Positions 6,720-13,073 of a stretch of 13,073 nt of DNA are shown here, piece by piece. Source of the DNA: an uncultured virus (IMG/VR IMGVR_UViG_2061766007_000806) (Duplodnaviria > Heunggongvirae > Uroviricota > Caudoviricetes). Within the stretch, counting starts at the first letter, position 1. The number at the start of each line of letters is the position of its first letter. The notes beneath the pieces are model-generated. The model worked only from the letters and a program-made list of their open reading frames with translations, had not been told where the DNA came from and did no database searches. Made by a program: the position numbers and the translations under genes. The DNA lies in the IMG/VR virus record IMGVR_UViG_2061766007_000806; one strand, given 5' to 3'.

Positions 6720-6992
6720 TTATCTATATTGTACTGATTTTAATTTATTAATTATTGTAACTAAAGCATTATAATCATCTTTAGTTAGATTGCAATCATG
6801 CCATACATCACCACTCAAATTAAAATCTCCTGCTTCAAATGAAGTATTATTTTCATATGCCTTTATTAATTCTGAAAANNNNNNNNNNNNNNNNNNNNNN
6901 NNGCCTGTCTTTTTAGATTTATATACTTGAAAATTGAGTAATTCAGTTAAACCTGATATATTACAATCTTCTGTATAAATATTATCATCCAT
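6720..6992 (-). CDS. Low-GC hypothetical protein (MDDNIYTED...)
   Basis: AAAGGAG RBS before ATG 6992. The track's extension to 7124 overlaps the HTH gene and is unlikely. Internal gap at 6879-6902. Confidence 0.75.
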   Translation of the reverse strand: MDDNIYTEDCNISGLTELLNFQVYKSKKTGXXXXXXXXFSELIKAYENNTSFEAGDFNLSGDVWHDCNLTKDDYNALVTIINKLKSVQYR

Positions 6993-7335
6993 ATAATTTC
7001 TCCTTTGTATGAAATGTTTGTTCCCAAAACTGATTATGTTGACATTTACTACAGTCGTCGTTACATAAAGGTGTTGAAGCCAATGGACACTTAGCGTTTG
7101 GCTGACAACCAAAAATCTCTTCAAATTTCTGCTTGTTGGTTAATGGCTGTCGATTTATATAAGTCTCTAATGTTTCAACATCAATCGATAATAATTTAGC
7201 AAATTTCTCTTTGTCAGGGATTTCTTTTCTGCCAGCAAGAATATGACTCAGCATACTCTCTGACGCTCCATAATCCATCGCAAAGGAGCGAACAGTACCA
7301 TATCGACTTAGTATAAGTAATCTTAATTCATCCAT
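6985..7335 (-). CDS. XRE-family HTH protein fused to a Cys-rich C-terminal module
   Basis: GTVRSFAMDYGASESMLSHILAGRK...FAKLLSIDVETL followed by LTNKQKFEEIFGCQPNAKCPLASTPLCNDDCSKCQHNQFW. Confidence 0.8.
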   Translation of the reverse strand: MDELRLLILSRYGTVRSFAMDYGASESMLSHILAGRKEIPDKEKFAKLLSIDVETLETYINRQPLTNKQKFEEIFGCQPNAKCPLASTPLCNDDCSKCQHNQFWEQTFHTKEKLYG

Positions 7336-8320
7336 ATATCCATTTAGTCCTTGTTTTTACAATATTTTTAAATGCTCTATATCCTGAATCAGTTGGAGAC
7401 ACTTTGCTCTTTAAGCCGGTCATATCTATATAGCCAACACGATTGCTCCAATACTTACTATCAAGGATAACTTTTCGTGCCTGTTCTTTAATTTCTTCTG
7501 TACTTATACCCTCATCATAAGCAATAACAACATCAACCCCTAATGACTGAATGTTTTTAGCCTGTGTTGAACTAATGTCATGTCCGCCAGTAGCAAGAAG
7601 GAGATTAAATCCCCAAGATGCAGCCTGACAGACTGACTTCTCAGCTTCAACAAGAAAAACTATCTGTTTTTTCATTATAGAGGTGTAATTCTGATGCCAT
7701 CCGTATAAGACTAATGATTTAGGATAAGGCAGATACATAGACCAGCGTTCTGACGGGTTGCATTCTCCGTTATAACGCCCCTTTGCTCCGATTAATTCTC
7801 CATCTGTATTATGCTCAGGAATAACTATTCTGTTGCTTTTAAAGTCTATCGTGATACCGAATCGTTCTTGTGTGAGATAGTCAACTCCATCTTTAAACCA
7901 CATCTCACTTAAAGCTCCGGCTTCAGGTAGTTCGCTTTCATCATAAACGGGAATGTTGTGTTCAATATCATCTGAACCGCCAACAAGTCCACGATAAAAT
8001 CCCGAAAAAGGATAATGAACTCTGTTCTTCGAATCATCATATCCGATTGTCTGAGCGATGAAACGTAGAGCAGAGCCGAACCCAACATCCTTTTCATCCA
8101 TGACAAGGGTAAAGATATTTCCTTTACGCCCTCTTGTATAGTTGTTATATAACAGTCGTTCTTTAAGGATTGATATAGCGGTGTGGTTATCGCCATCAAG
8201 GTTACTACACTGATAATACCTTCCTCTATCTCTCACATCGACATGTCCAAGGGCTTCTAGGATTACTTCAATCAATTCGGGATTGTTTTCTATTGTATTG
8301 ATAATCCCAGAAATATTCAT
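7328..8320 (-). CDS. Phage DNA primase (DnaG-type TOPRIM; SPbeta YorJ-like)
   Basis: RIVIP...GELIGAKGR, LYG, TOPRIM VFLVEAEKS and VVIAYDEG, C-terminal KxSPTDxG. Lies directly after the helicase. Confidence 0.88.
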   Translation of the reverse strand: MNISGIINTIENNPELIEVILEALGHVDVRDRGRYYQCSNLDGDNHTAISILKERLLYNNYTRGRKGNIFTLVMDEKDVGFGSALRFIAQTIGYDDSKNRVHYPFSGFYRGLVGGSDDIEHNIPVYDESELPEAGALSEMWFKDGVDYLTQERFGITIDFKSNRIVIPEHNTDGELIGAKGRYNGECNPSERWSMYLPYPKSLVLYGWHQNYTSIMKKQIVFLVEAEKSVCQAASWGFNLLLATGGHDISSTQAKNIQSLGVDVVIAYDEGISTEEIKEQARKVILDSKYWSNRVGYIDMTGLKSKVSPTDSGYRAFKNIVKTRTKWIYG

Positions 8321-8321
8321 A

Positions 8322-9758
8322 TTAGATGCCCCTGTGGTCGTTTAAGATATGACAGTAACCTAACTCTGTCCATTTGTTCCATACACTTGTCCATTCAAAC
8401 AAGATACACTTTGCATTTTCATCGTTACGTGTTTTATCGATAAATGCAACGATGTATGTTTTTTCAGGGTCTAATATCAAATATTCCTTTTCTTTTGAAT
8501 CAGGTTTAAACTTGTATGGTTTACAGTCAAACTTCTCTCCGCTGTATTCATCATGCCATAATTTGCGTAGCATGATATGTTCACTGACTACTTCCTTTAT
8601 CTGCTTTGAATTGCTGAGACAACCGGCGTCAAGATAACGCTGATTTGTAGTAAAGCCAGCAAGCTGAAAGGTACATACAAGGCTCCAGTCTTCTTTGGCT
8701 ACAAGATTAAATACTCGACGGCTACTCATAAGNNNNNNNNNNNNNNNNNNNNNNNNNNNNNNNNNNAAGAAAACTGAACAACCATACAGGCGGTTTGCCT
8801 GTTTCATCTGACGCATGATTGTAGCTGAATCATTACCAAATATCTCAATGAACTTGATGTTCAGATACTTTTCGTTAATGATTTTAGCCGCTTCAAGTAT
8901 CTTGAGTTTCTCTTCCTCAGTCCACTTGCCTATCTGTATCTTCTTACGGGTTATCTTATAATACTTCAATTCATGAGTTAATACATATGCAAGTAATAAT
9001 ATCTTGTACTTACGTAACTTCATTTCATTAGCTAAGATTGTAACAGGATTGCCGTCTGCAGCGATACTAACTGCCATATTGAAAGCAAATGATGTCTTAC
9101 CCGAACCGGAGTGCCCCGATATAAGATATATATCAGCGATAGGAAGTCCCAACGTAGTATAATTAAGGAGTGGAGCTGCACTGTAGTAAGATACGCCCTG
9201 TGCTTCACCCCGTTCAAAGTACTCAATATCCTCAGGAGTGATATGCATATCCTCAATTTTGGACTCGTTCTTACTTGATATGATAGCCGAGCTATTTAAT
9301 AGGTCAAACGTCTTATATACTTCATCTGATGATGCGTTTTCAAAACGTCTGATGTCATCAAACAGTTCATCATACTTTGTTGCTATAGTGATTAAAGCGT
9401 TTCGCTTTACTAAATCATCATAATAAGAATTGATATTATTGGTGTTGACAAGACTTTTCAGCTTTTCGACTTCATGCCAACCACCATACTCTTCAAACTG
9501 GGTATTAACAGTAGGATGAGATACAAGATAGTTCGCTACCGATATATTATCGAAGGTGTTCAATCCCTGTCTCCGTAACGCTCTGCCGAGTTGGAAATAA
9601 AATATCGCATCTTTAGTTATAATGGTCTCATCTGTCCCCATGTTGACTTCTTTATAGTCATCATATAATGTCGGGTCTTTCCAAAAGCAAAAGACAAATG
9701 AACATTCAATCCGTTCTCTGTCTTTATTGATTTTTTCTTTAATATCTGCTAAATTCAT
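8322..9758 (-). CDS. Replicative DnaB-like (SF4) helicase (SPbeta YorI-like)
   Basis: Walker A GHSGSGKTS, ANEM, TFQL, SKQIKEV and IDKTRND motifs. The Walker B region falls in the gap at 8733-8766. The start is placed at ATG 9758 after GGAGG. Confidence 0.9.
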   Translation of the reverse strand: MNLADIKEKINKDRERIECSFVFCFWKDPTLYDDYKEVNMGTDETIITKDAIFYFQLGRALRRQGLNTFDNISVANYLVSHPTVNTQFEEYGGWHEVEKLKSLVNTNNINSYYDDLVKRNALITIATKYDELFDDIRRFENASSDEVYKTFDLLNSSAIISSKNESKIEDMHITPEDIEYFERGEAQGVSYYSAAPLLNYTTLGLPIADIYLISGHSGSGKTSFAFNMAVSIAADGNPVTILANEMKLRKYKILLLAYVLTHELKYYKITRKKIQIGKWTEEEKLKILEAAKIINEKYLNIKFIEIFGNDSATIMRQMKQANRLYGCSVFXXXXXXXXXXXXLMSSRRVFNLVAKEDWSLVCTFQLAGFTTNQRYLDAGCLSNSKQIKEVVSEHIMLRKLWHDEYSGEKFDCKPYKFKPDSKEKEYLILDPEKTYIVAFIDKTRNDENAKCILFEWTSVWNKWTELGYCHILNDHRGI

Positions 9759-9762
9759 AGCA

Positions 9763-9791
9763 TCAAATACCTCCAAGTAAATCAGCAACGC
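9763..9791 (-). CDS. Probable 3' end of a gene hidden in the 923-N gap (...VADLLGGI*)
   Basis: The frame from the gap edge ends at TGA 9763 and contains the helicase RBS. Confidence 0.45.
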
Positions 9792-10714
9792 NNNNNNNNN
9801 NNNNNNNNNNNNNNNNNNNNNNNNNNNNNNNNNNNNNNNNNNNNNNNNNNNNNNNNNNNNNNNNNNNNNNNNNNNNNNNNNNNNNNNNNNNNNNNNNNNN
9901 NNNNNNNNNNNNNNNNNNNNNNNNNNNNNNNNNNNNNNNNNNNNNNNNNNNNNNNNNNNNNNNNNNNNNNNNNNNNNNNNNNNNNNNNNNNNNNNNNNNN
10001 NNNNNNNNNNNNNNNNNNNNNNNNNNNNNNNNNNNNNNNNNNNNNNNNNNNNNNNNNNNNNNNNNNNNNNNNNNNNNNNNNNNNNNNNNNNNNNNNNNNN
10101 NNNNNNNNNNNNNNNNNNNNNNNNNNNNNNNNNNNNNNNNNNNNNNNNNNNNNNNNNNNNNNNNNNNNNNNNNNNNNNNNNNNNNNNNNNNNNNNNNNNN
10201 NNNNNNNNNNNNNNNNNNNNNNNNNNNNNNNNNNNNNNNNNNNNNNNNNNNNNNNNNNNNNNNNNNNNNNNNNNNNNNNNNNNNNNNNNNNNNNNNNNNN
10301 NNNNNNNNNNNNNNNNNNNNNNNNNNNNNNNNNNNNNNNNNNNNNNNNNNNNNNNNNNNNNNNNNNNNNNNNNNNNNNNNNNNNNNNNNNNNNNNNNNNN
10401 NNNNNNNNNNNNNNNNNNNNNNNNNNNNNNNNNNNNNNNNNNNNNNNNNNNNNNNNNNNNNNNNNNNNNNNNNNNNNNNNNNNNNNNNNNNNNNNNNNNN
10501 NNNNNNNNNNNNNNNNNNNNNNNNNNNNNNNNNNNNNNNNNNNNNNNNNNNNNNNNNNNNNNNNNNNNNNNNNNNNNNNNNNNNNNNNNNNNNNNNNNNN
10601 NNNNNNNNNNNNNNNNNNNNNNNNNNNNNNNNNNNNNNNNNNNNNNNNNNNNNNNNNNNNNNNNNNNNNNNNNNNNNNNNNNNNNNNNNNNNNNNNNNNN
10701 NNNNNNNNNNNNNN
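9792..10714. other. Assembly gap (923 N)
   Basis: N run. Other gaps: 783-792, 1027-1036, 3299-3319, 4826-4835, 5696-5705, 6621-6630, 6879-6902, 8733-8766, 11542-11564, 12044-12095, 12209-12293, 12454-12518. Confidence 1.
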
Positions 10715-11413
10715 CACCTTATTCTTTACGATAACGTTTCCGTCTTTATCCTTGTTTTTAGTCTTAACTTTAACCATTTCACGGTCAATGTAAGCCATAC
10801 CAAGGAAGTCAAGCTTTGTTTTGATAGCGTTGAAATAATTCTGTGTTGTGTTGGCGGTAAGCATTGAATACTGCTCTTCTGACATTACATCGGTAATATC
10901 CGTTCTTTTTGTATGTCCGATGATACAGAATGATACTCCGACGCTCTTTAATGCCCAAAGTTTGTCAAGTATGATTTCTTTTACTTTATCGATACCCTTA
11001 CCGTAACCACCAAATGCCTGATTAATGGTATCAATCTGAGGCTTTTGAGATTCAATACACTTTTTATTCCAAAGCCTTACAACTTCCTTTTCAGCAATTA
11101 CACAAAGCTGGTCATATGTATCAATAACAACCACCTTTAAATTCGGATAATCTTCTGCTTTATTCTCAACAATATCATCGATAACTTCAGCAAACTTACT
11201 CCATGTAGGAACTTGTTCTGATACAATACCTGAGATTGCCTTATGACCATCTTCCTTACCGATGTCAAGTGCAATATAACCTTCATCGCCTACAAGTTTT
11301 TCACACATTTGCTTTACAATAGTTGACTTACCGATACCGGACTCACCCAAGAGTCCAAAATTATAAGCTAAAGGATTAAGGTTTATTTCAACCTTTTTAC
11401 CAAACTTACCCAT
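10715..11413 (-). CDS. Phage AAA ATPase (AAA_24/Sak4-related; SPbeta YorG-like), 3' end in gap
   Basis: AAGGAGG RBS; Walker A GESGIGKST; Walker B VVVIDT; GGYGKG and IIGH motifs typical of this family. Confidence 0.85.
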
Positions 11414-11428
11414 GTTAATCCTCCTTAA

Positions 11429-12453
11429 TTAAAACAGTGAATCAAGGTCAACGCCGTCCTCTGTGTTTTCAACTGTCTGAGTAGGACTCTCTGCCTTTTC
11501 CTTAGGAGCTGAACCGGATGCCGAAGGAGTATAAACCATACNNNNNNNNNNNNNNNNNNNNNNNATCAGAATAATCATCACGAAGGTCATAGCTGAAAAG
11601 CTTGTATGTAGTCTTTCTTTCGCCATAGATAGCTCCCTTAGGCTTGAAATCATCAAGAGACATAAGACCACAAGCAATCATAGCCTGCTGATTTTCCGTT
11701 AACTGGCTCTCATCAAACTCCTTTTCCTCTGCTCCGTTGATAAGACGGCACTTAAAAGGAAGTTTGCATACAGCGTCTTTCTTAATTTTGTTCTTAATTG
11801 AACCATTGGCAAATTCAAGACCTATCTGCTTAAGCTTCATATTAAGAGCAGCCATGTGCTTTTCATTACCAAAATCAATCTTGCTTGCATCAAAGACAAC
11901 AGGATGTGAGACATACTTGTTTTCCTTTTTGATTTTCTGATTGATGTAGCCGTTGATATTGATGATTTTCTTTTCCGTCCAGTCGCCATCATCAATAGAA
12001 TCAGCCGTCCAAGTATACTCAAGCGTAGTTTCAAGCTGAGGCGNNNNNNNNNNNNNNNNNNNNNNNNNNNNNNNNNNNNNNNNNNNNNNNNNNNNTTAAA
12101 GAACCAATAACGATAAACTTCTTATCCTTAATTAATGATGCGTTACTGATAAGAAACTTAACAAAATCATAGCTTGAAATGAAGACATGCTTATCTTCAC
12201 CAAGCTTANNNNNNNNNNNNNNNNNNNNNNNNNNNNNNNNNNNNNNNNNNNNNNNNNNNNNNNNNNNNNNNNNNNNNNNNNNNNNNNNNNNNNCACCATA
12301 AGCTTCGCAGTACGCCCGATTGTTCTTAGCCGGCACAACAATACAGTTAAACGAAGCGTAGTTCTCTCCGTCTTTTGTTTTGCCTTCACGCTTGAACGGG
12401 ACTTTGGCATCAAGAGCGTTTAACTCTATCTTGCCCACAAATCTGAATTTGTT
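11429..12453 (-). CDS. Putative single-stranded DNA-binding-like replication protein; one gene broken by gaps, start in gap 12454-12518
   Basis: Each inter-gap segment has an open minus frame: NKFRFVGKIELNALD...CEAYG / KLGEDKHVFISSYDF... / RLSLKTTLEYTW...LRDDYSD / ...ENTEDGVDLDSLF*. The flexible acidic tail ending in Phe and the position upstream of the AAA ATPase suggest an SSB. The function is inference. Confidence 0.65.
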
Positions 12454-12519
12454 NNNNNNNNNNNNNNNNNNNNNNNNNNNNNNNNNNNNNNNNNNNNNNN
12501 NNNNNNNNNNNNNNNNNNA

Positions 12520-12560
12520 AACGGATTGATTTGCTCTCCCAAACTTCCATTATATCCGTC
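12520..12560 (-). promoter_or_regulatory. Intergenic TATAAT within a short inverted repeat
   Basis: The minus strand reads GACGGATATAAT...ATCCGTT. TATAAT is at 12549-12554 and the ACGGAT/ATCCGT arms pair. No canonical -35 at 17-nt spacing. Confidence 0.3.
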
Positions 12561-12562
12561 TG

Positions 12563-13072
12563 TCAGGCAAAATTTTTCAGAGTAATGTTACGCATTATAT
12601 CAGCCGCAACCATCATGCTCTTATTTGCTTGACCTCTGATGTAGAGTTCTGTTGTCTGAGGACTTTTATGTCCCATCGCTGTCTGAGTAAGATAAATATC
12701 TTTTGTTACGCTATAAACCTGAGTTCCGAATGTTGCTCTCAACTTATGAGGGGTAATGTTTTTCCCATCAATATTAGAGGCGTATGAATGAATGATTTCC
12801 GCTATCCTTTCTGTTGAAAGACGAGTGCCGTGTTCAGACACAAACAATGCCGGCTCCCCCTCAACAGCTCTGAATCTTCTTACCTCAAGCCATTCAGCAA
12901 TAAGGCTTAATAATTCATCTGTTAAAACATAAGACTTTACCTTACCACGCTTTTCTGTTGTTATCAGCATATGATTTTCAAAATCAATATCAGATACATC
13001 CAACTTCCAAACGCCTGAGCATCTTAAACCGGTATTGAGAAAAAGTTGAACTAATAACATGTCTCTTTCCCG
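12563..13072 (-). CDS. Tyrosine recombinase/integrase (XerC/D-like catalytic domain), 5' end beyond the window
   Basis: The frame continues upstream of the track's Met (RERDMLL). Catalytic motifs TGLR, K (EKRGK), HKLR, MGH and terminal Y (TTELY) are present. Confidence 0.93.
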   Translation of the reverse strand, partial: RERDMLLVQLFLNTGLRCSGVWKLDVSDIDFENHMLITTEKRGKVKSYVLTDELLSLIAEWLEVRRFRAVEGEPALFVSEHGTRLSTERIAEIIHSYASNIDGKNITPHKLRATFGTQVYSVTKDIYLTQTAMGHKSPQTTELYIRGQANKSMMVAADIMRNITLKNFA

Positions 13073-13073
13073 C

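Larger units (their letters stand above)
1..13073 (-). mobile_element. Phage/prophage early-middle region (SPbeta-like replication module followed by an array of small accessory genes)
   Basis: All genes are co-oriented and mostly overlap or abut. Tyrosine recombinase, AAA ATPase, DnaB-like helicase and primase lie in phage-like order, followed by XRE-HTH genes, a DUF551 gene and many 60-130 aa hypothetical genes. No housekeeping genes. Confidence 0.9.

Noticed and set aside
1..7335. Stop-codon reassignment fragmenting longer genes into short ORFs
   Set aside because: The short genes have their own RBS and overlap in different frames, and the long replication genes are intact under the standard bacterial code.
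9782..11413. 543-aa ORF from the ORF track
   Set aside because: More than half of it is N. Only the first 233 or so codons are real sequence.
73..12423. Plus-strand ORFs and the nested minus-strand ORFs 7909..8199, 9032..9256, 11837..12034 and 12132..12413
   Set aside because: They are antisense or out-of-frame shadows of better-supported minus-strand genes, with no recognisable motifs.
11429..12438. Several separate or frameshifted ORFs (pseudogene or programmed frameshift)
   Set aside because: Frame changes occur only at N gaps of estimated length. Each segment has one open frame consistent with a single gene.
1..13073. Integron or shufflon (tyrosine recombinase plus gene cassettes)
   Set aside because: The genes overlap, leaving no room for attC hairpins, and there are no inverted segments. 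The recombinase is separated from the array by the replication operon and shows no IntI-type insertion.

Overview
This window is a segment of a large temperate or prophage-like tailed-phage genome, probably infecting a low-GC Bacillota host (GGAGG/AGGTGA ribosome-binding sites, SPbeta-like replication genes). It comes from a gappy draft scaffold with 13 N-runs. Every credible gene is on the minus strand. Reading from 13073 downward: a tyrosine recombinase; a gap-interrupted protein with an SSB-like acidic tail; an AAA (AAA_24/Sak4-related, SPbeta YorG-like) ATPase; a 923-N gap; a DnaB-like helicase; a TOPRIM primase; then about 7.3 kb holding roughly 26 tightly overlapping small genes, including two XRE-HTH proteins and a DUF551 protein. 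The most striking signal is that this small-gene array is built combinatorially. At least five short protein modules recur in different combinations, several are still similar at the DNA level over 12-35 bp, and several genes are bracketed by 11-21 bp direct repeats centred on the RBS/stop/start junction. This suggests a microhomology-driven gene and module shuffling zone. Several ORF-track entries (302..826, 1016..1261, 4392..5105, 6012..6707, 9782..11413) are distorted by gaps and are re-called here. Three coding segments missed by the track are added (1-315, 895-1026, 5531-5795). No RNA genes, CRISPR array or reverse transcriptase were seen.
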